DNA of 64,000 bases. Origin: an uncultured Actinomycetes bacterium. GTDB lineage: Bacteria > Actinomycetota > Thermoleophilia > Gaiellales > JAICJC01. The stretch covers positions 114,588 to 178,587 of the forward strand of contig CAWEYE010000005.1 of assembly GCA_963813245.1 (NCBI GenBank), given 5' to 3'. A model generated the notes under the pieces. It saw nothing but the letters and a program-made list of their open reading frames with translations. It ran no database searches and was not told the origin of the DNA. Below are positions 9,883-20,620 of the stretch, piece by piece. A program made the translations under genes and the position numbers. Positions within the stretch are counted from its first letter, which is position 1. Every line of letters begins with the position of its first letter.

Positions 9883-12060
9883 ATGGCGGCGATGGTCGCG
9901 GCGGTCGCAGGCCAGGCGCTGCTGGCGACCCTCGGCCTCGACACAGGCGCCGACATCGCCGGTGGCCTGGTCGTGCCCCTGCTGGCGGCTCTGATCGTCG
10001 CCGAGCGGGTGCGGCGGACACATTCCGAGCGCACCGCCTGGTCCGCGGTCGTCGTGGCCCTCGGTCTTCTGATCGCCGGCAACGTCTACTGCGTGCTTGC
10101 GTTCGCCGATCCCGCGAACCCGCCCGTGCCCTCGCCGGCCGATATCGCCTACCTGTCCGAGTACCCGCTGATGTTCATGGCGCTCGGGCTGCTCGTGCGT
10201 GACCGGGCCGTCGGCTTCCGGCCCAGCCTCTGGATCGACGGCGTCGTGGCGACGCTCAGCGTCGCCGGAGTGTGGACAGCGCTCGATCCGCCGCACGTCG
10301 CCCACGCCGGGTCGATGCTGGAGGCGCTCACCCTGCACGCCTACGTCGTCGGCGACGTCGTCCTCGCCGCCGCCGCCGTCGGCACCTTCGCCCTGTTCTC
10401 GTGGCGGCCGGGGCCGGCCTGGCTCGTGATCGCGGGCGGCCTGGTGGCGCAGTCGGCCGCCGATCTGCTCACCACCATGTCCTCGAGCGGGCACAGCGCC
10501 GCAGTGCTGCAGCTGATCGGTGTGCTGTGGAGCGTGGCCGTGGCAACGTTCATCATCGCGGCCTGGCTGCCGACCACCAAGCGCCCCCACCACACGATCG
10601 CCGGCTGGCGGGCGCAGGCGCCGACGGTCGCCTTCTCGACCGTCGCGCTGGGCACGCTCGTGGCCGGCGTCGCCGGAGACGTGCCGGTGCTCGCCCGCAC
10701 CCTTGCGACCGCCGCCGTCGCCGCCGCGATGCTGCGGCTCCTGTGGACGGCAAACGAGAACGTCGGCCTCGAGTTCGCCCGCAGGCTCGCGGTCACCGAC
10801 GATCTGACCGGCCTCGGCAACCGCCGCCAGCTGTGGACCTCGATCCGGGCGGCCTGCGCGCGCCGGGAGCGGTTCGCGTTGCTCATGATCGACCTGGACG
10901 GCTTCAAGGAGGTGAACGACGCGCTCGGCCACAATGCGGGCGACCTCCTGCTGCAGGGGATGGCCGACCGGTTCTCGCGCCTGGTCCGGCCCGACGACGT
11001 GCTCACCCGCCTGGGCGGCGACGAGTTCGGCGTGCTCGTGCGGGCCTGCGACGAGGCCGCCGCGGTGGCCTTCGCCGACCGGGTCGGCGAGGTGCTCGAG
11101 ACCGGCTTCGAGGTGCACGGCATCACGGTCCGCGTCGCGGCCAGCGCCGGCATCGTGATCGCCACCGGCGACGACACCGCGCCGGAGCTCCTGCGCCGGG
11201 CCGACGTCGCGATGTACGAGGCCAAGCGCAATCGCAGCCGCCGCGAGGTGTACGACCCCGAGACCGACCAGCGCTCACCCGCCCGTCTGGGGATGATGGA
11301 CCAGCTGCGCCGGGCGATCGAGTCGCGCACGCTCGCCGTGCACTACCAGCCGAAGGCGCATCTGCGCTCGGGCGAGGTGTACGGGCTCGAGGCGCTCGTC
11401 CGCTGGCGCATGCCCGATGGCGAGCTGCTGATGCCGGCGGAGTTCCTGCCCCTGGCCGACAACGCCGGGCTCATGTACGAGCTGACGCTGTGCGTCCTCG
11501 AGCGCGCCCTCGCCGACGTGGCCCGCCTGCGCGTGCGCCGGCCGCAGCTGACGGTCGCGGTGAACGTGCCGCCGGTGGCGATCCTCGACGCCAACCTGGC
11601 GCTCGACATCGCCCGCCTGCTGGCCGCCGCCGGCCTGCCCGGCCGGGCTCTCGAGATCGAGATCACCGAGGAGAGCCTCATGGCCGACCGCCTGCGCGCC
11701 CGGTCGCTGATCGCCGGCCTGCGCGAGCTCGGGGTGGCCATCTCGATCGACGACTACGGCACGGGCTACTCGTCGCTCCCGTACCTGCGCGACCTCGAGG
11801 TCGACTCGCTCAAGCTCGACCGCTCGTTCGTGACCGGCCTCGCCCACAGCGGCAAGGCGGGCACCATCGTCGCCTCCACGATCAAGCTCGCCCACGCGCT
11901 CGGCCTGTGGGTGGTGGCCGAAGGGGTCGAGTCGAGCGACGACTGGCTCGCGCTCGACGCGCTCGACTGCGACGCCGTCCAGGGCTTCCTGCTCTCACGC
12001 CCCGTCCCGATCGAGGTCATCGCCGGGTCGCTCGGGTCCGCCGACGCGCAGGCCGCGTGA
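9883..12060 (+). CDS. Membrane-anchored GGDEF-EAL c-di-GMP signalling protein
   Basis: About 9 predicted hydrophobic helices, then GGDEF (RLGGDEFGVL) and EAL (EALVRW...DDYGTGYSSL...KLDRSF...EGVE). Start taken at ATG 9883 (MAAMVAAVAG). Confidence 0.9.
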   Translation: MAAMVAAVAGQALLATLGLDTGADIAGGLVVPLLAALIVAERVRRTHSERTAWSAVVVALGLLIAGNVYCVLAFADPANPPVPSPADIAYLSEYPLMFMALGLLVRDRAVGFRPSLWIDGVVATLSVAGVWTALDPPHVAHAGSMLEALTLHAYVVGDVVLAAAAVGTFALFSWRPGPAWLVIAGGLVAQSAADLLTTMSSSGHSAAVLQLIGVLWSVAVATFIIAAWLPTTKRPHHTIAGWRAQAPTVAFSTVALGTLVAGVAGDVPVLARTLATAAVAAAMLRLLWTANENVGLEFARRLAVTDDLTGLGNRRQLWTSIRAACARRERFALLMIDLDGFKEVNDALGHNAGDLLLQGMADRFSRLVRPDDVLTRLGGDEFGVLVRACDEAAAVAFADRVGEVLETGFEVHGITVRVAASAGIVIATGDDTAPELLRRADVAMYEAKRNRSRREVYDPETDQRSPARLGMMDQLRRAIESRTLAVHYQPKAHLRSGEVYGLEALVRWRMPDGELLMPAEFLPLADNAGLMYELTLCVLERALADVARLRVRRPQLTVAVNVPPVAILDANLALDIARLLAAAGLPGRALEIEITEESLMADRLRARSLIAGLRELGVAISIDDYGTGYSSLPYLRDLEVDSLKLDRSFVTGLAHSGKAGTIVASTIKLAHALGLWVVAEGVESSDDWLALDALDCDAVQGFLLSRPVPIEVIAGSLGSADAQAA

Positions 12061-12196
12061 CGCACCGCGCAGTCGCCCGAACGGGGGTGGCGCGGGCACT
12101 GGGCCGCCGCTATCACGAGAGAGCGGCCACCGACTTCGCCCAGCACCCCCGCTGCGACGTTGGCGCTCCTTCACCCAACGTCCCCCAGGTGATCCC

Positions 12197-12814
12197 GTGC
12201 GTAGACTCGCCCTCCTGCTCTGCCCCCTCGGTGCTGCCATCGCGGTGCTTGCAAGCGCCACGGCGTCTGCCGGCGCCGCCACCGTGAACACGACGTGCCT
12301 GCCCTCGACCACCCAGCCGTTTACGGCGGTGGGCGACACGAACGCGTACTTCCTGCTCTCCGGGGGAGCCTTCGAGGCCGGAACCGCGGCCTGGAACCTG
12401 ACCGACGGTGCGGCGGCGGCCGCCGGCAACAACACGGCCGGCGGCGACCCCCTCTCGAACACCACGTCGCTCTCGCTTCCGGCCGGGAGCTCCGCGACAA
12501 GCCCGGCGGTGTGCGTCGATCGTGAGATGCCGAGCATCCGCTTCTACGTGCGCAACACCGGGAACGCCGCCTCGAAGCTCGGCGTGACCGTGCTCTACAC
12601 GCTCCCGAACGGGAAGCCGGCATCTCTGCAGGTCGCCCAGATCACGGGCGCGCGCGTATGGCAGCCGAGCCCGGCGATCTTCTTTCACCTGAACATGCTG
12701 GCGATGGCGTCGCCGACCGGCACGACCAATGTCGCCTTCCAGTTCCGCCCGCTCGATGCGAGCGGCCAGTGGCGCGTGGACGACGTCTACGTCGATCCGT
12801 TCAAGCGCAGCTGA
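12197..12814 (+). CDS. Secreted hypothetical protein (possible beta-sandwich / CBM-like fold)
   Basis: GTG start and signal peptide MRRLALLLCPLGAAIAVLASATASAGA. Non-artefactual composition (N, T, F, Y, K present). C-terminal WRVDDVYVDP resembles jelly-roll binding modules. Confidence 0.6.
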   Translation: MRRLALLLCPLGAAIAVLASATASAGAATVNTTCLPSTTQPFTAVGDTNAYFLLSGGAFEAGTAAWNLTDGAAAAAGNNTAGGDPLSNTTSLSLPAGSSATSPAVCVDREMPSIRFYVRNTGNAASKLGVTVLYTLPNGKPASLQVAQITGARVWQPSPAIFFHLNMLAMASPTGTTNVAFQFRPLDASGQWRVDDVYVDPFKRS

Positions 12815-12879
12815 GCCCGCACGCCGACGCCTGCAAGCGACACTGAGAGTCGGCGCCGTCCCAGCCGATAACAGGGAGC

Positions 12880-14205
12880 GTGGCGCAGGTCCAGATTGAT
12901 GAGCTGGTGGAGCAGGCGCGGTCGCGACAGGTGCGACCGCTGACGCCGCGCGAGCGCATCACGGGGACGGCCATGGCGGTGGCCTTTCTGGCCGTCGCTG
13001 TGCCTCTGGCGGTCACGAGCGGCGCCGGCCTCTCCGACCTGCCGGCCCTCGCCCTGTGCATCGCCGTCTACGCCGCCGCCTCGGTGGTCGAGTTCGAGGT
13101 CGGCACGGGGTCGGCGGTCCCGACCCAGCTCGTCCTCGTGCCGATGCTGTTTGCGCTCCCGCTCGGGATCGTCCCGCTGGCCGCCGCCGCCGGCTACGTC
13201 GTCGGGGACGTCGCGCGCGCGGCCTTCCGGGGCGGCCATCGCCCGCGCCCGGTCCTGCTCGTCGGATCGTCCGCCTACGCGATCGGCCCGGTGGTGGTGC
13301 TGCTTGCCTTCGGCGGCGGCGAGCCCGCCTGGGATCGGTGGCCGGTCTACGTCGCGGCGTTCGCCGCGCAGTTCGGCTTCGACGCGGCCAGCACGATCAT
13401 CGGCGATGTCTGCGCGCTCGGGGTGCGGCCGTCCCTGTCGCTGCGCACGATCGGCTGGGTGTACGGCATCGATGCGCTGCTGGCGCCGGTCGGGCTCGCG
13501 TTCGCGCTGGCTCTCGGCGACGCCGCCGGCGTTCTCCTGGCGGTGCCGCTGCTGATCGTGATGGCGCTCTTCGCGCGCGACCGGCGCGCCCGCACCGATG
13601 CGCTGATCGACCTCGGCCGCACCTATCGCGGCACCGCGCTCGTGCTGGGAGACGTGATCGAGGCCGACGATACCTACACCGGCACGCACAGCCGCAACGT
13701 GCTCGAGCTCAGCCTGGCGGTCGCCGACGCGCTGCGGCTGGACGGAGCGGCCCGCCGGGAGGTCGAGTTCACATCGCTCCTGCACGACATCGGCAAGCTG
13801 CGCATCCCCAACGCGATCATCCAGAAGCCCGGCCCGCTGACGCCCGCCGAACGGGCGCTGATCGAGACGCACACGCTCGAGGGTGAGCGCATCCTGGGGC
13901 AGATCGGCGGCTTCCTGAGCCACATCGGCCGGATGGTGCGCTCGTGTCACGAGCGCTGGGACGGGGGCGGCTATCCGGACGGCCTGACCGGCGAGCGGAT
14001 CCCGGTCGCCGCCCGCATCGTGTCGTGCTGCGACGCGTTCGACGCCATGACGAGCGACCGGCCCTACCGGCGGGCGCGATCGACGCAGTTCGCGCTGGGA
14101 GAGCTCGCGGCCGGAGCCGGGTCGCAGTTCGACCCCGCCGTGGTGGCGGCTGTGGCGGCGATCGTCGCCGGCGGCGCCGGCGCGACCGCCCGCAAGGCCG
14201 CCTGA
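12880..14205 (+). CDS. Membrane HD-GYP domain protein (c-di-GMP phosphodiesterase type)
   Basis: Multi-TM N-terminus, then THSRNV...LLHDIGKL...CHERWDGGGYPDGL (canonical HD and GYP motifs). AGGGAG precedes the GTG start. Confidence 0.9.
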   Translation: MAQVQIDELVEQARSRQVRPLTPRERITGTAMAVAFLAVAVPLAVTSGAGLSDLPALALCIAVYAAASVVEFEVGTGSAVPTQLVLVPMLFALPLGIVPLAAAAGYVVGDVARAAFRGGHRPRPVLLVGSSAYAIGPVVVLLAFGGGEPAWDRWPVYVAAFAAQFGFDAASTIIGDVCALGVRPSLSLRTIGWVYGIDALLAPVGLAFALALGDAAGVLLAVPLLIVMALFARDRRARTDALIDLGRTYRGTALVLGDVIEADDTYTGTHSRNVLELSLAVADALRLDGAARREVEFTSLLHDIGKLRIPNAIIQKPGPLTPAERALIETHTLEGERILGQIGGFLSHIGRMVRSCHERWDGGGYPDGLTGERIPVAARIVSCCDAFDAMTSDRPYRRARSTQFALGELAAGAGSQFDPAVVAAVAAIVAGGAGATARKAA

Positions 14206-14210
14206 CCCGG

Positions 14211-16190
14211 CTAGTCCTCGGGCTCCGCGGAGTCGGGCGCGGCCGCAAGGCCCTCGACCGACTCGGCCAGGAGCGTCGCCACGTCGGCCACGCGCAGATC
14301 GCGACCCGAGGTGCGCACGCCGTCGTCGAGCATGATGGTGCAGTAGGGGCAGGCCACCGCCAGTGTCTCGGCGCCGGTCGCGGCCGCCTCGCGCACCCGC
14401 TCCTCGTTGATCCCCTGGCCGCGCTCCTCCATCCACATGTGCGCGCCGCCCGCCCCGCAGCAGAAGGTGCTGCGGCCGCTGCGCTCCATCTCGACCGGCG
14501 CTCCCACCGCCGCCACCAGCTCGCGCGGGTCCGAGAGCACGTCGTTGTGCCGGGCCAGGTAGCACGAGTCGTGGTAGGTGATGCGCCCCTGGCCCGCGGT
14601 GGGGGCGATGCGCCCGTCCCGCACGAGCTCGGCCAGCAGCTCGGAGTGGTGCACGACGTCGTAGCTGCCGCCGAAGTCCGGGTACTCGTTCGCGAGCGTG
14701 TTGAAGCAGTGCGGGCAGGAGGTGACGATCTTGCCGACGCCCGCGGTGTTCAGGGTCTCGACGTTCTGCTCGGCGAACGCCTGGTAGACGTACTCGTTGC
14801 CCATGCGCCGGGCGGGGTCGCCGGTGCAGGCCTCGCGGGGGCCGAGGATGGCGAAGTCGACCCCGGCCGCACGCAGGAGCTTGGCGGTCGACTCGGCCGA
14901 CGCGCGGGCGCGCTCGTCGAACGACGCCGCACACCCGACCCAGTAGAGCACCTCGGGGGCGGGGTCGCCCGGCTCGAGCACGCGCACGTCGAGGCCGGCC
15001 GCCCACGCCGCGCGGTCGGCCTGGGCCTTGCCCCACGGGTTGGACGAGCGCTCGACGTCGCGCAGCATGGGCTCGGCCTCGGCCGGGAAACGGGCCTCGG
15101 CCATGACCAGGTGGCGGCGCAGGTCGACGATGTGGTCGATGTGCTCGATCGACACCGGGCAGGCCTGCACGCAGGCGCCGCAGGTGACGCAGTCCCACAC
15201 GACGTCGTCGGTGACGGCGTTCGGCACGAGCGCCGCGGCCGCGACCGGCTCGCCGGCCGCACGGGCGGCCATCGCCAGCGGCCCCTCGGCGAACAGCTGG
15301 TCGCGCAGACCCATGATGAGCAGCTTGGGCGAGAGCGCCTTGCCGGTTGCCCAGGCCGGACAGGCATCCTGGCAGCGCCCGCACTCGGTGCACGAGTAGG
15401 TGTCGACGACCTGCTTCCACGTCAGGTCGGCGACGGTGCCCGAGCCCAGCCGCATGTCCTCCTCGGGCCCCTCCTCGTCGAAGCGCAGCGGCTCCAGCCG
15501 GCCGCGCGCGCGGGTGCGGCCGAAGTAGACGTTGACGACGGCGGTGGCGATGTGCAGGTGCTTGGAGCGTGGCAGGTAGACCAGGAACGAGAGCACGATC
15601 AGGATGTGCGCCCAGACGAGGACGCGCTCGGCGGCGTGGGTGCGGGAGCCGTGGCCGAACAGGTGCGAGAGCGCCTGCGACACCGGCGACCAGCCCGCCG
15701 GCCACTCGTTCAGGTGCAGGGCGATCAGCGACGCGTGCCATAGGAGCAGCGTTGTGACGATGCCGGCGATCAGGGCCAGGATCAGGTCGGCCTCGCCCAT
15801 ATGGCTGCCGTCGAACCGGGCGGGACGCTGGATCTTGCGGATGCCGAAGGCGGTCGCGACGCCGACCAGGACGAGCACGCAGAACACGTCCACGAGCAGC
15901 GCGAACCAGCCCTGCCGGCCCAGCCACGGGATCGTCTGGCCGCGGTCGACGACGGCGATCAGCGCCATCAGGATCGTCGGCAGGAGCACGATGAAGCCCC
16001 AGAAGATGAACGCGTGCATCAGCCCGGGGACGAGCCGCTGCAGCAGCTTGCGCTGGCCGAGGGCGATCACCGCCTCGTTGCGCAGACGCGCCGGCACGTC
16101 GCCCGAGCGGTCGCTCGGCTGCGCCGTCCGCACCAGCCCCACGAGCAGCAGGGCGCGACGGGCGAAGAGGGCGCCGGCCACCGCCACCAC
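14211..16190 (-). CDS. Membrane-bound (Fe-S)-binding oxidoreductase, EtfD/heterodisulfide-reductase-like
   Basis: N-terminal TM domain, two 4Fe-4S ferredoxin motifs (CTECGRCQDACP, CVTCGACVQACP) and CCG domains (CPHCFNTL, CCGAGG). Sits directly downstream of etfBA. Confidence 0.85.
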   Translation of the reverse strand: MVAVAGALFARRALLLVGLVRTAQPSDRSGDVPARLRNEAVIALGQRKLLQRLVPGLMHAFIFWGFIVLLPTILMALIAVVDRGQTIPWLGRQGWFALLVDVFCVLVLVGVATAFGIRKIQRPARFDGSHMGEADLILALIAGIVTTLLLWHASLIALHLNEWPAGWSPVSQALSHLFGHGSRTHAAERVLVWAHILIVLSFLVYLPRSKHLHIATAVVNVYFGRTRARGRLEPLRFDEEGPEEDMRLGSGTVADLTWKQVVDTYSCTECGRCQDACPAWATGKALSPKLLIMGLRDQLFAEGPLAMAARAAGEPVAAAALVPNAVTDDVVWDCVTCGACVQACPVSIEHIDHIVDLRRHLVMAEARFPAEAEPMLRDVERSSNPWGKAQADRAAWAAGLDVRVLEPGDPAPEVLYWVGCAASFDERARASAESTAKLLRAAGVDFAILGPREACTGDPARRMGNEYVYQAFAEQNVETLNTAGVGKIVTSCPHCFNTLANEYPDFGGSYDVVHHSELLAELVRDGRIAPTAGQGRITYHDSCYLARHNDVLSDPRELVAAVGAPVEMERSGRSTFCCGAGGAHMWMEERGQGINEERVREAAATGAETLAVACPYCTIMLDDGVRTSGRDLRVADVATLLAESVEGLAAAPDSAEPED

Positions 16191-16219
16191 GACGACCAGC
16201 GCAACGACGGCGGCCAGGT

Positions 16220-17200
16220 CTATCCGCCCCTCGCCTTCGCGATCTCGGCCGTGATCGCCGGCACCACCTCGTGCAGGTCGCCGATCACGGCGTAGTCGGC
16301 GTTCGCGACGATCGGGGCGTCAGGGTCGGTGTTGATCGCGAGGATGCGCTTGGCGCCCTTGCAGCCGGCCATGTGCTGGGTGGCGCCGCTGACCCCGCAC
16401 GGGATGTAGATCTCGGGCGCGATCTTCGTGCCCGTCTGCCCGACCTGGTCGGTGTGCGGGCGCCAGCCGGCGATCGTGACCGCGCGCGAGCAGCCCACCG
16501 CACCGCCGAGCGCGGCCGCGAGCGCCTCGATGGCCGCGAAGCCCTCGGCCGAGCCGACCCCGCGGCCGCCCGTCACGACCGCCTTCGCATCGGCGAGCGA
16601 GACCCCGCCGCCGGTATCGGTCTGCGTCCGCTCGGACACGCGCGCGACGAGATCCGCGCCGTGCAGCGCGGGCGTGAACTCCGCGACCATGGTCTGCACC
16701 GGCGCGGCGGCGGGCTGCGCCTCGACCGCGTGCGGGGCGACCGTGAGCAGCTTGACCGCGCCGTGCAGGCGGGCCTGCTCGAGCAGGCTCCCGCCCCAGC
16801 GCAGGCGCGTCACGGTCGCCGGGTCGCCGGGGGCCGCATCGACGCAGTTTGCGGCCAGCGGCAGGTCGGTGATCGCGGCCGCGTGCGCCATCGCCTCGGT
16901 GGCACGCTCGCTGCCCGGGGCGATCACCGCCGCCGGGGCGAGCCGCCCGATCAGCTCCGCGACCGTCCTGCCCCACGCCTGGGGCGCATACGCCGCAAAG
17001 GCGTCGTGCACGGCGACGTGCGCCGCGTGAACGCCGAGCTCGCCGAGCCCGGCCGCCGCCGCTGCGGCATCGGCGCCGATCAGCACGGCCTCGACCGGGC
17101 CGCCGCCCGCCTCGGCATAGCCGCGGGCGAGCGTGAGCGCCTGGCGGGAGACGTCGTCCGGGCCGCCGCCCGCGTGTTCGACCAGGACGAGCACGCTCAC
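16220..17200 (-). CDS. etfA: Electron transfer flavoprotein alpha subunit
   Basis: VSVLVLVEHAGG...VVTGGRGVGSAEGF...GWRPHTDQVGQTGTKIAPEIYIPCGVSGATQHMAG. The GTG start at 17200 overlaps the etfB stop. Confidence 0.9.
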   Translation of the reverse strand: MSVLVLVEHAGGGPDDVSRQALTLARGYAEAGGGPVEAVLIGADAAAAAAGLGELGVHAAHVAVHDAFAAYAPQAWGRTVAELIGRLAPAAVIAPGSERATEAMAHAAAITDLPLAANCVDAAPGDPATVTRLRWGGSLLEQARLHGAVKLLTVAPHAVEAQPAAAPVQTMVAEFTPALHGADLVARVSERTQTDTGGGVSLADAKAVVTGGRGVGSAEGFAAIEALAAALGGAVGCSRAVTIAGWRPHTDQVGQTGTKIAPEIYIPCGVSGATQHMAGCKGAKRILAINTDPDAPIVANADYAVIGDLHEVVPAITAEIAKARGG

Positions 17201-17965
17201 AGGACGCCCGCCTGGCGCAGGATCTCGACCACCGCCGGCGCCGCCTCGGCCCCGTGGCCGAGGATCTGGGCCTGCTTGCCCTGGCCCTCCGGCACGACCA
17301 GCCGCACCTTCTCGACGCCGGCGCCGGCGCGAACAGGCGTGCGCGTCTCGAGCGGCTTGCGCTTGGCCCGCATGCGCCCCGGCACCGACGGGTAGCGGGG
17401 CAGGTTCAGCCCCTCCTTGACCGTCACGACGGCCGGCAGCGGCAGGGTGTAGACGTCGCGCCCGCCCGGCACCTCCTGCTCGCAGCGCACGCTGCCGTCG
17501 GCGACGGCGACGCCCTTGAGGCCGGTCGCGCAGGGCCGGCCGAGGGCGTGGGCGACGCGGATCCCGACCTGGTAGTTGCCGGCGTCGGCCGACTCGTTGC
17601 CGAAGAAGATCAGGTCGTACTCGGTGCCCGCCGCCCGCTCGGCCTCGATCGCCTCGAGGATCGCCCGGGCGGTCGCCTGGCCGTCGAACTCCTCGTCGGC
17701 CAGGAGCAGGATCGCCCGGTCGATGCCGAGCGCCATGCAGTCGCGCAGCTGCTCCTCGGCCTCGGCCGGCCCGAGCGTGAGCACGGTCGAGCTGCCGCCG
17801 TGCTGCTCGACCAGGCGCACGGCCTCCTCGACGCCGCACTCCTCGTGCGGGCTGATCGTGAAGCCCAGGTGACGGGTCTCGATCGCCTGCTCGTCGGCGG
17901 TCGAGCACGATGCGGCCGCCGGTCATCGGCACCCGCTTCACGCAGCAGAGGATGTTGAGCGGCAC
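17197..17965 (-). pseudogene. etfB: Electron transfer flavoprotein beta subunit, broken by one apparent +1 insertion at ~17902
   Basis: MPLNILCCVKRVPMTGGRIVL (frame of ORF 16220..17965) continues as TADEQAIETRHLGFTISPHEECGVEEAVRLVEQHGG... (frame of ORF 17197..17820) once one base is removed. Confidence 0.85.
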
Positions 17966-20486
17966 TAGCTGCGGATCCTGGTGTTCTCGGGGTCGAAGAC
18001 GGGGGTCGCATCGGCCACGGCCACCGTGACAGGGTATCGCTCGCCCAGGTACTCGACGAGGAGCCGCTCGCCCGCCACCGCCTGCTCGGGCGGGAGGTAG
18101 GCCATCAGGATGTGCTTCCCGATCGACGGCCCCGCGCCGGCGCTCGTGACGTAGGCGCCGCGGCCCTTGCGGTCGACGAGGCGGCTGCCGTCGCGACCCA
18201 GGATCGGCTCGCGGCCGAGCATGTAGCGCTTGACGCCGCTCTTCGACGTGTGGTCATCGACCGTGAGCGTGCACAGGATGGCGGCCGGGTCCTCGTCGCG
18301 CTGGCGCAGATGGGCGTCGCGGCCGACGAAGTCCTCGTCCTTCACCTTGCCCCACGCCATGCCGGCCTCGACGACGTTGTACTCGCTCTCGAGCTCGAAG
18401 CCGTAGGCGCGGTAGCACTTCTCCAGGCGCCCGGTGGTGCCGTAGACGCCGATGCCGACCGGGACGAGGCCGTGCGGGCGGCCCTCCTCGAAGACCATGT
18501 CCCACAGCCGCCGGCCCTCCTCGATCGGCACGTAGAGCTCCCAGCCGAGATCGCCGACATACGAGATCCGCGAGGCGAGCACGCGCAGCGTGTCCATCTC
18601 GATCGTGCGGCAGGTGCCGAAGCGGAAGCCCTCGTGGGAGACGTCGTCGCGGGTGAGCGCGGCAAGGATGTCGCGCGCCCGCGGCCCCCACAGGCCGAGC
18701 GTCGTCCAGCCCGACGTGATGTCGGTCAGCTGGGCGCTAGCCGTCCGCCGGCAGGCGGTCCGAGAACCACTTGCGGTCGGCCGGCCCGTGGGCGCCGCCG
18801 GTGACGACGCGGAAGAGCTCGTCGCCGAGGCGCATGATCGTGAGGTCGGCCTTGAACCCGCCGCCGGGCGAGAGCACCGGCGTGTAGACCACCCGGCCGA
18901 TGGCGACGTCCATCTGCCGCATCGCCACCGTCTGCACCGCCTGGAGCGCGCCGGGGCCGGCGATGTCGAAGATCGTGAACGCGCTCAGGTCGACCATGCC
19001 GGCCCGGTCGCGCATCGCCAGGTGCTCGGCGTTGATGATGGGCGACCACCAGCGCGCGTCCCACTCGGCCTCGCGGCGGTTGATGCGGTCGCCGTACTCC
19101 TCGACGAGCGGGGCGTTCGAGCCGTACCACTGCGGCCGCTCCCAGCCGGCGGCCTCGAAGAACTCGGCCTCGAGCTCGACCTGGCGGGAGTGGAACGGCG
19201 CCAGCCGCACGTTGCGGTTCGACGCCCACTGCTCGCCCGGGTGGACGATGCCGTAGGTCTTGTTGAAGCCCTCGGCCGCGCGCGCGCGCACGTGCGCACG
19301 CGTCTTCTGGTGCTCCCAGAAGCGGGCGACGTCGGAGGAGTGCAGGTCGATCTCGGACTCGCCGTGCACCATCCACTCGGCCACCGACTTGCCGACGCCG
19401 GGGCCCTCCTTGACCCACACCGCCGCCACCGACCACAGGTTCTTCACCTCGGGCGTCTCGCCCAGCACCGGCATGCCGTCGGGCGTGAGCGAGAGCAGGC
19501 CGTTGATCGCGTACTTCACGCCCACCGTCTCGTCGCCGACGATCTCGGGGCAGAGCTCGAGCGCGTGCTCCATCTGCTGCTCGAAGTCGGCCTGGGTGAA
19601 CGGGAACTCCGTCGGCGAGAGCGCCGCCTCCTCGACCGAGGGGATTTCCTCGGGATCGTGCAGGATCGGCCGGTGGGCGTAGGAGCCGATCTCGAGGCCG
19701 GCGCCGTCCTGGCGCTCGTACATGTTCGTGTCCATGTCGCGCACGATCGGGTACTCGATGTGCGACTTGGCGGTGGCGAAGCGCGGCACCGGGCCGACGT
19801 CGATCATCTGGTGGACGGCCGGCGTGAGCGGGATCGAGGCCCCCGCCATCCGCGGCCAGCTTGGGGCTCCACACGCCGCAGGCGATGATGACGATCTCGG
19901 CCTCGATGTCTCCGCGCGTCGTGCGCACCCGGCGGACGACGCCGTGCTCGACGTCGATGCCGAGCACCTCGGTGTTCGCCTGGATGGTGAGCGCGCCGGC
20001 CGCCTGCGCCCGCTCGCGCATGAGGGTGCCGGCCCGCAGCGAGTCGACCACGCCGACGCCCTCGGTGTGGAACCCGCCGACCAGGATGCTCTCGTCGAGG
20101 AAGGGCACCATCTGCTTGATCTGGGCCGGCGTCACGAGCGACACGCCCTCGACGCCCCACGAGAGCGCCGAGGACATGCGCCGGCGCAGCTCCTGCATCC
20201 GCTCCTCGGTGCGCGCGACCTCGATGCCGCCGCTCTGCGTGAACACGCCGAGCTCCTTGTACTGGCGCACGCTGTCGGCCGTGAGCGCGGTCATCTCCTT
20301 CGAGTGGTCGACCGGGAAGATGAAGTTGGACGCATGCCCGGTCGAGCCGCCGGGGTTCGGGAACGGGCCCTTGTCGATCAGCACCAGGTCGCTCCAGCCC
20401 TGCTCGTGGAGGTGGTAGGCGACGCTGTTGCCCACGATCCCGGCGCCGATCACCACGGCGCGGGCGCGTCCCGGTAGCGTGCTCAT
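17965..20486 (-). pseudogene. FAD-dependent dimethylglycine/sarcosine dehydrogenase family protein (DAO domain + GcvT aminomethyltransferase-like domain), two apparent +1 insertions (~19850, ~18739)
   Basis: Three pieces join cleanly. (1) MSTLPGRARAVVIGAGIVGNSVAYHL...IIACGVWSPKLAA. (2) MAGASIPLTPAVHQMIDVGP...RKWFSDRLPADG. (3) SAQLTDITSGWTTLGLWGP...ISYVGDLGWELY...PVFDPENTRIRS. GAGGAGGA lies upstream of ATG 20486. Confidence 0.85.
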
Positions 20487-20555
20487 CGCGCGGTCCTCCT
20501 CGGTCGTCCAACTGAGGCGCCGCACTTGCCCGCGCCCCTCCGGTCTGGTAGACAA

Positions 20556-20567
20556 CTGATATATCAG
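20556..20567. promoter_or_regulatory. 12-bp perfect AT-rich palindrome CTGATATATCAG (candidate GntR operator)
   Basis: Lies in the divergent intergenic region between the dehydrogenase-etf operon and the GntR gene. It is one of the few AT-rich spots in the window. Confidence 0.4.
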
Positions 20568-20620
20568 AGCCGTCGCCCGCACGCAAGCGCCCTGCAACCG
20601 GGGCCGATGACGAGTCCGTC

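Noticed and set aside
12787-15927. 1046-aa minus-strand ORF, the longest in the track
   Set aside because: Extreme Arg/Gly/Pro/Ala composition with no recognisable motifs. It runs antisense/off-frame across the well-supported HD-GYP gene and in an alternative frame of the EtfD-like gene. Typical high-GC open-frame artefact.
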